The notes below the pieces were generated by a model. It did not search any database. It saw only the letters and a list, made by a program, of their open reading frames with translations, and was not told the DNA's origin. DNA of 64,000 bases from a virus. Location: positions 7,887 through 71,886 of IMG/VR virus record IMGVR_UViG_3300036846_001111. The stretch is one strand, 5' to 3'. Of the stretch, positions 26,239-36,009 are shown in pieces; positions within the stretch are counted from its first letter, which is position 1; the number at the start of each line of letters is the position of its first letter. Both the position numbers and the translations under genes were made by a program.

Positions 26239-28428
26239 ATGTCCGCGCGCGTGGACGAAGCGCTGCGTGTGGTGGAGGCCCTCGGATGCCGGCTCTTGCC
26301 GTGCGGCGCCGGGACCAAGAAGGCCCGGCTGAAGGACTGGCCGAACAAGGCCTCGGCCGACCCGGCCCAGATCGAGAAATGGTTCGGCGGCCGATCGCAG
26401 TCGAACCCCGCGGTGGTCGCCGGCTTCGAGTCGGGCTTCTTCATCCTCGACGTCGACCCCAAGCACGGCGGGGCCGAGACGCTGGCGGCCTGGGTCGAGA
26501 AGCACGGCCCGCTGCCCGAGACGCTGACCCTGAAGACGCCGAGCGGTGGTCGGCACCTCTACTTCCGCTGGCCGAACGGCGGCGGCATCGGCAACCGCGG
26601 CCACGTCGACGCCGGCATCGATATCCGCGGCGAGGGCGGCTACGCGCTGATCCCGCCCGCGGTGATGGCCGACGGGACCCTCTATGAGTGGGCGAACTGG
26701 GGCACGCCGCTCGCCGACGCGCCGCAGTGGCTGCTGACGCTGATCCGCCGGCATCCGCAGACCAAGGCCCCACCCCCAGGCCCGGCGCCGCTGCAGCCGC
26801 ACGGCTGGGGCGACAAGGACCGCGAGGAGCGGGTGGCGAAGGCGGCGCTCGACTCGATCTGCGGCGAAATCACCAACGCGGCGAACGGCGAGCAGGACAA
26901 CACCCTGAACGGCGGGGCCTACCGGATCGGCCGCTGGGTGCAGCGCGGCCACCTACCCGAGAGCTACGCCAGCGAGCGGCTGATCCACGCCGGGCTGACC
27001 ATGGCCAGCCACGATCCGGCCGACCCCTGGACGCCGCTGGTGATCGTCAGGAAGGTCAGCCGGGCGATGGCGGACGGGCGATCGGCGGGCCCGGCGGACC
27101 TCGCGCCGCGCGACCTGCCGGCGGTGATCGAGGGCGGCTCCAAGCGGCCGCGCGGGGCCAAGACACCCGAGGGCGAGGTGGCGCCGGACCTCAAGGTGGT
27201 GGCGACCAAGCACGACTGGCGCCGCGAGTTCGCCTACAAGGTCGGGGCGAAAGGCATCGACCCAAAGGACCCGCAGAACGTCCGGCTGGAGATCGAGCAC
27301 TGGCCAGCGCTGGCCGGCCGCTACACCTACGACAGTTGGTCCGACACGCTCATCATCAATCGTCCGTGGCCGGAGGATCAGCGCACCAACTACCCGCGGC
27401 CGGTCGAGGATGGCGACCTCTTCACGCTGATGGCGCATCTCTGGCGCCAGGGGCTGAAGCCGCCGCAGGGTGTCGTGGAGATCGCCCTGGTCGAGGTCGC
27501 CCGCCGGTGCTGGGCGATCAACCCGCTGGTCGACTACCTGACGAAGCTGGCCTGGGACGGCGAGGACCGGCTCGATGGCTGGCTGGCCAGCTACATGGGC
27601 GTGCCGGCGTCTCCCGAGGCGACGCTGTTCGGCCGCAAGTTCCTGATCGGCGCCGCGGCCCGGGCGACGCGGCCGCGCTGCAAGGTCGACACCATGCTGA
27701 CCCTGCAGGGGCCGCAGGGGCAGAAGAAGTCGACGGCGTGGCGCACGCTCTTCGGCGAGACCTACTTCAGCGACAACCTCGGCGACGTCCGCGACAAGGA
27801 CGCCCTGATGGGGCTCGCCGGCATGTGGGGCATCGAGTGGGCCGAGATGTCGGGACTGAGCCGGGTCTCGGCCGAGGACATGAAGGCCTTCCTGTCACGC
27901 CAGGAAGACCGCTTCCGGCCGCCCTACGGGCGCAGCGTCGTCATGCGGCCGCGCCGCTGCGTCTTCGTCGGATCGACCAACCAGCGGAGCTACCTGCGCG
28001 ACCCGTCCGGCGGGCGCCGCTACTGGCCGGTCACCTGCGTGCACACGATCGACCTCGCCGCGATCGAGCGCGACCGCAACCTCCTCTGGGCCGAGGCGAT
28101 GCACCGCTTGGAGGCCGGCGAGACGTGGTGGTTGGAGGGCCCGGCCGAGGAGGAGATCGCCAAGGTCGCCCAGGAGGGCGTGTACGACGCCGACCCATGG
28201 GAGGGGCCGATCATCGAGAAGCTGGCCGAGCAGATGCCGGGGGCCTGGGTGCCGACGCACGAAATCCTCTGGCTGTGGCTCGGCGTCGAGCGCTCCAAGC
28301 AGACCACCGCCCACTCCCAGCGCCTGGGCGGGATCATGGACCGGCTGGGTGTCCGCGGCGATCGCGCCTACCACCATGGCCGGCGCATGCGCGGCTACAT
28401 CTTCGGCGGGGCGCCCCCCGATGAGTGA
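26239..28428 (+). CDS. Bifunctional primase-polymerase (Prim-Pol) fused to VapE/VirE SF3 helicase
   Basis: LDVDPKHGG, TPSGGRHLYF, GIDIRGEGGY; Walker A GPQGQKKST, W.IEWAE, RPPYG, FVGSTN..YL.DPSGGRRYWP. Confidence 0.93.
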   Translation: MSARVDEALRVVEALGCRLLPCGAGTKKARLKDWPNKASADPAQIEKWFGGRSQSNPAVVAGFESGFFILDVDPKHGGAETLAAWVEKHGPLPETLTLKTPSGGRHLYFRWPNGGGIGNRGHVDAGIDIRGEGGYALIPPAVMADGTLYEWANWGTPLADAPQWLLTLIRRHPQTKAPPPGPAPLQPHGWGDKDREERVAKAALDSICGEITNAANGEQDNTLNGGAYRIGRWVQRGHLPESYASERLIHAGLTMASHDPADPWTPLVIVRKVSRAMADGRSAGPADLAPRDLPAVIEGGSKRPRGAKTPEGEVAPDLKVVATKHDWRREFAYKVGAKGIDPKDPQNVRLEIEHWPALAGRYTYDSWSDTLIINRPWPEDQRTNYPRPVEDGDLFTLMAHLWRQGLKPPQGVVEIALVEVARRCWAINPLVDYLTKLAWDGEDRLDGWLASYMGVPASPEATLFGRKFLIGAAARATRPRCKVDTMLTLQGPQGQKKSTAWRTLFGETYFSDNLGDVRDKDALMGLAGMWGIEWAEMSGLSRVSAEDMKAFLSRQEDRFRPPYGRSVVMRPRRCVFVGSTNQRSYLRDPSGGRRYWPVTCVHTIDLAAIERDRNLLWAEAMHRLEAGETWWLEGPAEEEIAKVAQEGVYDADPWEGPIIEKLAEQMPGAWVPTHEILWLWLGVERSKQTTAHSQRLGGIMDRLGVRGDRAYHHGRRMRGYIFGGAPPDE

Positions 28429-28786
28429 AGACGGTGAAGACGTCGTCGACCTCGCGACCTTCCTGAAGACCTTCGACCTCACCCCGGAACAGATGGTCGC
28501 GGAGATGGAGGCGGGGCGGCTGGTGGTGTTCACGACCGCGCTCAACGACGCCGACTGGCTCGCCGAGGCCTACCTCTACGCCGACGACGTCGACGACTGG
28601 CTGGAGTGTGGTTCGCCGCTGGCCGAGATCGTCAACATGCGCGTCCTGTTCGCCTGGATGAACATCACCGAGCATGAGAGGCGTCGGGTCGAGGCGGCGG
28701 CAGCCGAGCCGCGGCCGACGCCGTTCAAGGTGACCGGGCCGCCGCGGCAGTTGCGACAGGTGGCCGGCGGGCTGCCGCCGCGCTAG
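28421..28786 (+). CDS. Hypothetical protein
   Basis: Overlaps the primase stop. Confidence 0.65.
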   Translation: MSEDGEDVVDLATFLKTFDLTPEQMVAEMEAGRLVVFTTALNDADWLAEAYLYADDVDDWLECGSPLAEIVNMRVLFAWMNITEHERRRVEAAAAEPRPTPFKVTGPPRQLRQVAGGLPPR

Positions 28787-29082
28787 GCGTGCTTGGCCTT
28801 GGCCTTGGCCGCCTTGTCGCTGCCGTCGTCCTTGTCGTCGTCGTCGTCCTTCGGCTTGGGCGCGGCCTTGGCCGGCTCGGCCGGCGGCGTGAAGGCAACG
28901 CCATAGGCGGCGGCGAGATCGCGCGCCTCCTCGGCGTTCATGTGGCCCTCGGTGATGTCCTCGGTCAGCGCGTCGGCCAGCGCCTCCGACTCCAGAGTGT
29001 GTTCGCGCAGGTCGGCGCGCGCCTGGGCGACGGCGGCGACGGCCGCCTTGGTCTTCGGGGTCAGTACGGCGGGGATCGGCAT
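28783..29082 (-). CDS. Hypothetical protein with charged low-complexity tail
   Basis: AGGAG RBS. Confidence 0.7.
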   Translation of the reverse strand: MPIPAVLTPKTKAAVAAVAQARADLREHTLESEALADALTEDITEGHMNAEEARDLAAAYGVAFTPPAEPAKAAPKPKDDDDDKDDGSDKAAKAKAKHA

Positions 29083-29117
29083 GGTGGGTCTCCTGGGGGT
29101 GACCTCACCATAACACC

Positions 29118-29393
29118 TCAGTACGCAAGCCGATCGATCAGCGCCTGCACGCGCTCGCCGGTCTCATGGTCGAAATAGGTGGCCTCGCCCTCCTGCTTGA
29201 GCGGCGCGAAGCCCAGGCCGAGCGTGCCGTCGTCGAGGACGCCGGGCCGGTTCTTCATGGCCTCGGCGTGGATGGTGCGCACCCCGCGGCGGATCGCCTG
29301 GGCCAGGAACTGGCTGCGCGACTGACCGCCACGCATCGCGTTGACCACGGCCAGCAGGTCGTCGGTCAGGGTGGTGCGGCACTCTTTGCTCAT
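29118..29393 (-). CDS. Ribbon-helix-helix-like regulator
   Basis: CRTTLTDDLL..V...RG..SRSQFL..AI pattern. Confidence 0.6.
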   Translation of the reverse strand: MSKECRTTLTDDLLAVVNAMRGGQSRSQFLAQAIRRGVRTIHAEAMKNRPGVLDDGTLGLGFAPLKQEGEATYFDHETGERVQALIDRLAY

Positions 29394-29917
29394 ATCAGGA
29401 ACCCATCGTCTGGCGCCGGCTCCAGGCCGCTGACCGAGGCGTCGTAGCGGTTGGCCTGGGCGAGCGGCATCTTCAGGTCGATGCCCCAGCGCAGCAGGAT
29501 GGCCTCGACCTCGTCGAGCGTCTTCGCGCGGCCCCAGATGTCGCGGCCGCTGGCGAGGCAGTGGTCGCGGAAGGCGCGTTGTTCGCGCGACAGGTTCCCG
29601 TCGGGCGCCTTCAGTTCGATGTATCGGGTGATGCCGTCGGGCCCGAGAAGCTGGATGTCCGGCCAGCCGCGCTTGATGCCGGCCGCCTTCATCTTGACGG
29701 CGACCTGCATGCTCAGCCTGACGCCGGTCGCCGAGGCGGTGAACAGCCAACCATCGGGCAGCGCCCAGGTCAGCGCCGGGATCACGTGCGCGGCCTGGAA
29801 GTTGTGCTCGGGCTGGCCGATCTTGCGCACCGCGCGCCGCCGCCTCGGCTTCTTGTCGAAGAAGCCGGGCGTGCCCTGGCCAGGGCCGCGCCTGTAGGCG
29901 TAGGGCGGTTTGGTCAA
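29390..29917 (-). CDS. VRR-NUC domain nuclease (Holliday junction resolvase-like)
   Basis: EH..Q, G..GWPDI, YIELKAPDG.LS.EQ. Confidence 0.85.
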   Translation of the reverse strand: MTKPPYAYRRGPGQGTPGFFDKKPRRRRAVRKIGQPEHNFQAAHVIPALTWALPDGWLFTASATGVRLSMQVAVKMKAAGIKRGWPDIQLLGPDGITRYIELKAPDGNLSREQRAFRDHCLASGRDIWGRAKTLDEVEAILLRWGIDLKMPLAQANRYDASVSGLEPAPDDGFLI

Positions 29918-30138
29918 CTGGCGAGGCTCGTCAGTTCAGCAGCGCGGCGGGCGATCAGCTTGTCGAGCGCGCCGTTCAGTTCGTTCCACCTGTCCACCGA
30001 CGGCTGCTGCCGGCCGTGCCGGTAGCGCGAGATCGTGGCGCAGGCGACGCCTGACTCTTCGGCCAGTTCCTCGTCTTTGATGCGGGCGTGACGACGACGC
30101 TGGTCGAAGTCACGCATTTGGTCGGAAAAAGATTTCAT
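29914..30138 (-). CDS. XRE/Cro-like HTH repressor
   Basis: DEELAEESGVACATISRYRHG..QPS; divergent from the rightward promoter. Confidence 0.85.
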   Translation of the reverse strand: MKSFSDQMRDFDQRRRHARIKDEELAEESGVACATISRYRHGRQQPSVDRWNELNGALDKLIARRAAELTSLAS

Positions 30139-30199
30139 GCGATGCATGTTGCCACAGCTTCAATCGGATAGCAATCATGTCGCATCCGCCAAGTGGCTA

Positions 30200-30228
30200 T
30201 TGACGCGGACACTCGCCACCGGCATAGT
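30200..30228 (+). promoter_or_regulatory. Sigma70-type promoter for recombination operon
   Basis: TTGACG-N17-CATAGT in the divergent intergenic region. Confidence 0.6.
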
Positions 30229-30259
30229 CGCAACTCCAGTGACGCCAGTGAGTCGAGAG

Positions 30260-30466
30260 ATGACGACCCCACATAAACCGATCGCTTGGCTGATCCGCGA
30301 GAGCGGCGCCCGAACCGGCGGCTCACCACGGGTGATGGCCGGTAAGATGTACGTCACGCGCGAGGCAGCGATCGTCGCCGCTGCACGGATGAGCAGCCGC
30401 TTCTGGAAGCGCGAGGCCTTTCCGGTGTTCGAGCCGACGGCCGATCAGCTTGAGGGGTGGAGGTGA
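30260..30466 (+). CDS. Hypothetical protein
   Basis: First ORF after the promoter. Confidence 0.6.
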   Translation: MTTPHKPIAWLIRESGARTGGSPRVMAGKMYVTREAAIVAAARMSSRFWKREAFPVFEPTADQLEGWR

Positions 30467-30711
30467 CCGAGCGTTTTGTGGCCATCCGCGGCGACGTCTG
30501 GGACCAGACGACGATGCCGGCGCGCCGCCTGCATCTGGACGATGCGCGCGCGCTCGCTGACACGTGGCGGCGCGAGGCCGAGGCCTGCCGCCAGAAGGGC
30601 GCCTACGATCAGGTCAAGCTGTGGTCGGGGCCCGCCGCGTTGCTGGTCATAGCGATCGACTCGGCCGTCGTGCAGCGCCGCATGATGGGCTGGAAGGATA
30701 CCGCGTCGTGA
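30463..30711 (+). CDS. Hypothetical protein
   Basis: GTGA coupling. Confidence 0.65.
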   Translation: MTERFVAIRGDVWDQTTMPARRLHLDDARALADTWRREAEACRQKGAYDQVKLWSGPAALLVIAIDSAVVQRRMMGWKDTAS

Positions 30712-30890
30712 GCCGCGAGACCCAGAAGCAGCGGATCGCGCGTCTCGACTGGGCGCTCACCGAGATCACCCGGGTAACGGCGATCCCGGCCAACAAGCGC
30801 GGCGATCTCGACTGGCTGCGCGCCGCCTGCAGCCTCGCCCATGTCTACGCCAAGGCCGGGCGGGCGCCGCCCCCGGAGCCGCCGCCTTGA
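30708..30890 (+). CDS. Hypothetical protein
   Basis: GTGA coupling. Confidence 0.6.
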   Translation: MSRETQKQRIARLDWALTEITRVTAIPANKRGDLDWLRAACSLAHVYAKAGRAPPPEPPP

Positions 30891-31000
30891 TGCCGCAACG
30901 CCGCCCTCAGGTCTGGCGGGAAATCCTGATCCTCGCCGCGCTCAGCCTCGCGCTGTTCGCCGGCATCCTGTTCGCCATGCTGAAAGAGCACGCCCTATGA
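30890..31000 (+). CDS. 36-aa single-pass membrane peptide
   Basis: MPQRRPQVWREILILAALSLALFAGILFAMLKEHAL; coupled on both sides. Confidence 0.55.
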   Translation: MPQRRPQVWREILILAALSLALFAGILFAMLKEHAL

Positions 31001-31884
31001 GAGCCTTCCGCTTCAATGGTCAGCAGATCACCCAGCCCGGGGCCTACGTGGGCGTCGACATCGACCGCTACCACGGCGACCTTGTCCCGCACCGCTTCGT
31101 CACCGCCTCGTCGCTGAAGCGCGCTGATCGCTCGATGGCTCACTTCTGGGCCTTCTGCGCGTGGAACCCCGACCGCGAGCCGCCGGACGTCGACACCGAC
31201 GCGCTGCGCCTGGGCAAGGCCTCGCACCTGCTGGCGTTCCAGCCCGAACTCTTCAATCTCCAGTTCGCCGTGTGCCCCTATGGGGATGACTACCGGCTGA
31301 AGGACGCCAAGCAGTGGCGCGAGCAACTGCCGGCCGACATCCTGCCGCTGAAGCCGAAGGAGCACGTCACCATCCAGCGCATGGCGGCCGCCCTCTACAG
31401 GGACCCGGACGCGCGCTCGCTGTTCGCCAAGGGCCTGCCCGAGATGACGTTCTGCGCGCCCGACCCGATCACCGGCATCTGGATGCTGACCCGGCCGGAC
31501 TTCACGCCGGCCGCCAACGGCCGCGGCCTCGTCGACTACAAGACCGCCGAGAACGGCGCCTGGGAGCCCTTCGGCCGGCGCGCGTTTGACTACGGGTATC
31601 ACCTGCAGGTAGCCCTGGCGGTCGACGTCGTGGCGGCCGCGACCGGCGAGATGCGGCCGACCATGTGGTTCGTGGTGCAGGAAAAAGAGCCGCCCTACTG
31701 CGTCTCGGTGCACCGCTGGGAGCCGGACCAGATCATGTATGGTAGACGCAGAGTGCGCGATCTACTTGACCAAATCGCCAAGTGCGTCGAGACTGGCGAG
31801 TGGCCCGGCTACGGCCCGGCTTCATCGCTGGTCACGCCCTTCTACATCCAACGCCAGATCGAGAACGCTGATGCCGCCGTCTGA
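30997..31884 (+). CDS. PD-(D/E)XK exonuclease, RecE/ExoVIII (DUF3799)-like
   Basis: YH...S.LK, G.A.H, RPD...LVDYKT, YGYHLQ.A, FVVQEKEPPY, C...GEWPGY. Confidence 0.9.
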   Translation: MRAFRFNGQQITQPGAYVGVDIDRYHGDLVPHRFVTASSLKRADRSMAHFWAFCAWNPDREPPDVDTDALRLGKASHLLAFQPELFNLQFAVCPYGDDYRLKDAKQWREQLPADILPLKPKEHVTIQRMAAALYRDPDARSLFAKGLPEMTFCAPDPITGIWMLTRPDFTPAANGRGLVDYKTAENGAWEPFGRRAFDYGYHLQVALAVDVVAAATGEMRPTMWFVVQEKEPPYCVSVHRWEPDQIMYGRRRVRDLLDQIAKCVETGEWPGYGPASSLVTPFYIQRQIENADAAV

Positions 31885-32752
31885 TATCGACCCCGTCGCC
31901 CTGGAAGGCCCCGCCGGCCCGGAAGAGGGGCAGAAGCGCGCGGTGCGCGCCGGCGCCTCGATCAAGGCGGGCGCGCCTGTCGCCGGCCTCGTGCCGCGCA
32001 CGATCGAGGAGGCGTGGCGACTCGCGGTGGCGATCGCCCGCTCGCGCCTCGCGCCCAAGGACATGCAGCGGCCCGAGCAGATCATGGTCGCCATCATGGG
32101 CGGCGCCGAACTCGGCATCCCGCCGTTCTCGGCGCTGCAGTCGTTCGCGGTGATCAACAACCGGCCGGTGATGTGGGGCGATGGCCTACTGGGCGTGGTG
32201 CGCGCCCGCGGCGTCAAGGTGAAGGAGTGGGCCGAGGGCGAGGGCGAGGCGATGGTCGCGTGGTGCACCGTCACCCGGCCCGACACCGACGAGGAGCCGA
32301 CCACGCGCTTCTTCAGCGTCGACGACGCCAAGCGCGCCAAGCTGTGGATGAAGAAGGGCGCGCAAGGTCAAGATACGCCTTGGATTACTTATCCGCGCAG
32401 GATGTTGCAGATGCGCGCCCGCTCCTGGGCGATCCGCGACGGCTGCGCCGACATCCTGCGCGGCATCCAAGTGCGCGAGGAGGTCGAGGACTACGACGAC
32501 GTCGAGGTGCGCGACGTTACCCCGACGGTGAGCCAGTTCCTGGCCGCCGACGTTGCGGAGGGCGAGGACGCCGAGATCGAGATCGTCGACGCGGTGGTCG
32601 AGGAGCCAGTGACGCAGGGTGACGCACCGACCGAAACTGTCGCAACCGTCGCAGCCGAGGACGAATCGGCAACGGAGCCGGAACAGGTGGAGGTGAAGAA
32701 CCGCCGCCAGGGCCTGAAGGAACCGCCTCAGGCCGATACGCCAGAGAACTGA
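31871..32752 (+). CDS. RecT/Red-beta-like single-strand annealing protein
   Basis: G.ELG.PP..ALQ...VIN.RP..WGD, W.TYPRRML.MRA...A.RD; acidic C-tail; adjacent to the exonuclease. Confidence 0.8.
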   Translation: MPPSDIDPVALEGPAGPEEGQKRAVRAGASIKAGAPVAGLVPRTIEEAWRLAVAIARSRLAPKDMQRPEQIMVAIMGGAELGIPPFSALQSFAVINNRPVMWGDGLLGVVRARGVKVKEWAEGEGEAMVAWCTVTRPDTDEEPTTRFFSVDDAKRAKLWMKKGAQGQDTPWITYPRRMLQMRARSWAIRDGCADILRGIQVREEVEDYDDVEVRDVTPTVSQFLAADVAEGEDAEIEIVDAVVEEPVTQGDAPTETVATVAAEDESATEPEQVEVKNRRQGLKEPPQADTPEN

Positions 32753-32780
32753 CTGAATACGAGAAAGTGTCGAGGAGATA

Positions 32781-33140
32781 ATGGCAGCCATCAAAACCGC
32801 GCCCGAAGTGGTGCAGAGCACAGTCAAGCTACAGGACAAACTGACCGCCGAGCAGCGACAGCACAACAAGGCCGTCGACGCTGAGCGCGAGCGTCTCGAA
32901 TACTACGGCGACCTGCGCGACGACGTGGTCAGCCTCGTCCGAAACTCACACCTGACGTTCGAGGAAATCCACGGCAGGCTCGGACCCCACCCCAGCACGC
33001 TGACGAAGTGGGACGAGAAGACCACCAAGGCGCCGCAGTTCCGCAAGCTGCAGGCCACCTGCCGCATCCTCGGCTACGACATCGGCATCGTGGACGGCCC
33101 GCGCCGCCCGGCGATCCGCAAGGTGGTGCTGCTGCCGTGA
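32781..33140 (+). CDS. XRE-like HTH protein
   Basis: LTFEEI......STLTKW....K.PQF..LQA...LG; GAGGAG RBS. Confidence 0.7.
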   Translation: MAAIKTAPEVVQSTVKLQDKLTAEQRQHNKAVDAERERLEYYGDLRDDVVSLVRNSHLTFEEIHGRLGPHPSTLTKWDEKTTKAPQFRKLQATCRILGYDIGIVDGPRRPAIRKVVLLP

Positions 33141-33463
33141 GCCTGATCAAGCCGGCGACTGAGGAGGCGGCGTTCGAGGCCTACCGCAAGAGCACGCGCT
33201 TCCACTACGTCTGCCAAGCCGTCGTCATCCAAGAGATGCACTTCGCCCGGCGGGCGCTCGACGAGTGCGAGCGCGACCCCTATCGGGTGCGCGAGGTGGC
33301 CGACCGCATCGCCACCGGCGTCGCCGCGCGGGTGCTGCAGACGGTCTACGAGAACGACACCGAGATCGCTGAGTTGAGAACCCAGGTCGAGCGGCTGACC
33401 GCGATCCTCACCGAGGGCGGCTACCTCCTGCGGCCGCCGACGATGATCATCCCGAAGCCATGA
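33137..33463 (+). CDS. Hypothetical protein
   Basis: GTGA coupling. Confidence 0.65.
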   Translation: MSLIKPATEEAAFEAYRKSTRFHYVCQAVVIQEMHFARRALDECERDPYRVREVADRIATGVAARVLQTVYENDTEIAELRTQVERLTAILTEGGYLLRPPTMIIPKP

Positions 33464-33607
33464 CCGAGCCGCCGACCCACCTTGCGATCTGCACCCGCAC
33501 CGGCGGACCACTGGCGTGGCGCTGCCTGGGCGAGCGGCGCGAGGGCGGAATCTGGTCGGTGGTGTGCCCCAACTGCAGCCCAGCCGACTGGCTGGTGAGG
33601 AGACAAA

Positions 33608-34069
33608 ATGACCGAGACGCATGGGCCAACCCCGAGCCCCTTGCAGCACCTGATGCGCGCACGCGCCGACGCGCTCGACATCGCCATCATGCTGATGAAG
33701 CGGCATCTGGAGGCCGCCACGCCCGACGGCGCCGGGCGCGAGAGCGCGGCCTACCTGACGGCGGCAGGCCGGGTGGAGACGCTGCAGAACCTCAGGACGG
33801 CTCTGGAGAGTGACGAGCCGGACTTCCTGGCCGAGCCCACCTACCCCGATCGGGCGGACGACGACCCGCGCCAGCCACTTCCTGACGGCGCCCGGATCGA
33901 GACCATCTTCGAAGCCCGGGTGCAGGGCGATCTGCCGGGCGCGCAGCGGGCGCTGCTGACCACGCGCATCCTCCACATGGCGAGCCAGATCACCGGCCAG
34001 CAGGTGCTGGTGATCGGCCGCCAGGAGGTGTTCCCGGCCGAGGAAGAGCCGGCGGACGGTGACCTATGA
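33608..34069 (+). CDS. Hypothetical protein
   Basis: GAGGAG RBS; upstream ORF 33460..33813 (Cys-containing N-terminus) overlaps it and may also be real. Confidence 0.7.
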   Translation: MTETHGPTPSPLQHLMRARADALDIAIMLMKRHLEAATPDGAGRESAAYLTAAGRVETLQNLRTALESDEPDFLAEPTYPDRADDDPRQPLPDGARIETIFEARVQGDLPGAQRALLTTRILHMASQITGQQVLVIGRQEVFPAEEEPADGDL

Positions 34070-34317
34070 GCCGGCCCGAGGACTCGCCGCTGGAGCCGGT
34101 CAAGTACCGGGTGCGCGTCGAAATCCTCGACGGCGACGACGAGGTGGTCGGCACCGTGATGGTCGAGGGCGGCCGGCCCGAGGAGAACGCCACCCTGGAG
34201 GTGACCGGCGTCTGCGCGCTGGGCGCCGACACGCCGCTGGCGACGGCGACGTTTTTTTTGACGCTCTCGAACGACATCAAGCAGACCGGCCGGATGGAAG
34301 GGAAGCTGGACGCATGA
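34066..34317 (+). CDS. Hypothetical protein containing a T8 run
   Basis: ATGA coupling. Confidence 0.65.
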   Translation: MSRPEDSPLEPVKYRVRVEILDGDDEVVGTVMVEGGRPEENATLEVTGVCALGADTPLATATFFLTLSNDIKQTGRMEGKLDA

Positions 34318-34661
34318 GCGACGACCTGGGCCCCGGCGACTGCGTCGAGGCGCGCATCACGATGCACATCAGCCCGCCTTGGGTGGATGGCGGGGGAGGG
34401 ACCTACGACATCCCTGCAGGCACGCGCACGGTGGTGGTGCGCGTCACGGCCGGGCGTAGTTCGTTCTGCCACACCTGCGGCGCCAACAACGGCCCCGGTC
34501 TCATCCTCCACGACTACCCGCTGGTCCCGTTCGTTAGCTGGTGCAGTTGCGAATGGCGCAAGGTTGGCGGCGGCAAGGAGGAGCACCTGCGGCAGTTCGC
34601 CGAATATCTGCGGCAGCGCGACGCGGCGGACATCGAGAAGCTGGTGCGGAGCCTCCCATGA
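34314..34661 (+). CDS. Hypothetical Cys-containing protein
   Basis: ATGA coupling; CxxC...CxC. Confidence 0.65.
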   Translation: MSDDLGPGDCVEARITMHISPPWVDGGGGTYDIPAGTRTVVVRVTAGRSSFCHTCGANNGPGLILHDYPLVPFVSWCSCEWRKVGGGKEEHLRQFAEYLRQRDAADIEKLVRSLP

Positions 34662-34933
34662 GCGATCGGCCAGCTTGGCAGATAAGCGACCGCAGGATCG
34701 CGCCGTTCAAGCGGGTGAGGATACGCCAGGGCTGCAGGCTGATGTCTGGGTGGCGCGGCAAGGCGACGATGATGCCCGATGGCCGCGCGCTCAAGGATAG
34801 CGGCGCCGATCTGTTCTGGGACACCGCGATGGCTTGTGGCTACGAGTGGGTGGTGCTGCGCGATCAGACCCCGAACCCGGAGCATCCGCAGACCGAGGAA
34901 GAGTGGCTTGAGAGGTCGCGATGCCTAGCCTGA
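34658..34933 (+). CDS. Hypothetical protein
   Basis: GGAG RBS, ATGA coupling. Confidence 0.55.
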   Translation: MSDRPAWQISDRRIAPFKRVRIRQGCRLMSGWRGKATMMPDGRALKDSGADLFWDTAMACGYEWVVLRDQTPNPEHPQTEEEWLERSRCLA

Positions 34934-35598
34934 ACGCTTCGATTCGCGACATCCCCCTCCCCTTCAACATGCAGGCGCTGCCGATCGACGCGCGCGGCTT
35001 CCCGGTCCCCTGGTTCGTCGCGTGGCGCAAGGACACCCGCCAGCCCGACTTTCGGGTGATCGGCCCAGGCCGGCGCGAGAAGGCGCTCAAGGAGCAGCGC
35101 TGCTGGGTCTGCGGCCTCAAGCTGGGCCGGCTGAAGGTGACGGTGATCGGGCCAATGTGCGCGGTGAACAAGGTCTCCTCGGAGCCGCCGTCGCACCTCG
35201 AATGTGGCCGCTATGCGGCCAAGGCGTGCCCCTTCCTGGCCAACCCGCGCATGCGCCGCAACGAGAAGAACGCCGTCGACGAGCGCTGGATACCCGGCGA
35301 CCACATCGATCGCAACCCGGGCGTCGCCGCTCTGTGGATCAGCCTCTACCCGTCCAAGCCCTTCCCAGATGGCAAGGGCAGCTACCTCCTCGACCTCGGC
35401 CCGGTCGACCGCGTCGAGTGGTACGCATACGGACGATCAGCCACCTACGACGAGGTGGTGACGTCGATCGCCACCGGCCTGCCGGCGCTCGCCAAGCTGG
35501 CCAACGCCGAGGGTCAGGAGGCCGTCGACGCGCTCGGCAAGGCGATGGTCGAGACCGCCAAGCTGCTGCCGCCCGACCCGGCGCTGGAGGGCGTATGA
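34921..35598 (+). CDS. Conserved Cys/His-rich hypothetical protein
   Basis: RG.PVPWF, CWVCG, GPMC, EPP.H.EC..YA...CPFL. Confidence 0.8.
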   Translation: MPSLNASIRDIPLPFNMQALPIDARGFPVPWFVAWRKDTRQPDFRVIGPGRREKALKEQRCWVCGLKLGRLKVTVIGPMCAVNKVSSEPPSHLECGRYAAKACPFLANPRMRRNEKNAVDERWIPGDHIDRNPGVAALWISLYPSKPFPDGKGSYLLDLGPVDRVEWYAYGRSATYDEVVTSIATGLPALAKLANAEGQEAVDALGKAMVETAKLLPPDPALEGV

Positions 35599-35822
35599 AC
35601 ATCAACCACACGATCCAAGCCGACCTGCGCGCGCGCGGGATCAGTGTCGCGCCGTGCGAGATCGCGCACGTCATGGCGGACGAGGGCCTGACGAAGCGGA
35701 TCGCCTACAACCGGATCGATCCGAACCGCCGGGTCAGGCCGTGTCGGCCAGCAAAGCGGCCGGCGATCCTCGCGGCGCTGCGTCGCCTTGGGCTGCTGGA
35801 GGCTGACCATGAGCGCGGCTGA
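35595..35822 (+). CDS. Hypothetical protein
   Basis: GGAGG RBS. Confidence 0.6.
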   Translation: MNINHTIQADLRARGISVAPCEIAHVMADEGLTKRIAYNRIDPNRRVRPCRPAKRPAILAALRRLGLLEADHERG

Positions 35823-36009
35823 CGCAGCCCACCGCTTGCATATCTTCGTCGAGGCGCCGGGCGACTACATCAACCCGCTCGCGGTGGCGTATGGTGGTCT
35901 CGACGCCTACGAGCAGGCGATGTCGGCGTTCAAGGCCGACATCAGAGCCGTGCTGCAGGCGCTAGAGGAGAGCCAGGATGCAAACGGAACAGATCACCGT
36001 CGACCGTGA
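35809..36009 (+). CDS. Hypothetical protein
   Basis: GGAGG RBS. Confidence 0.6.
   Translation: MSAADAAHRLHIFVEAPGDYINPLAVAYGGLDAYEQAMSAFKADIRAVLQALEESQDANGTDHRRP

Noticed and set aside
27706-27735. Atypical Walker A (GPQGQKKST) suggesting an inactive helicase
   Set aside because: The GxQGxxKST variant is common in VapE-family helicases and all other motifs are intact
28783-30138. Minus-strand block as a lysogeny/immunity switch or invertible segment
   Set aside because: It contains Cro-like, VRR-NUC and RHH genes but no CI peptidase domain, integrase or flanking inverted repeats; lifestyle cannot be determined from this window
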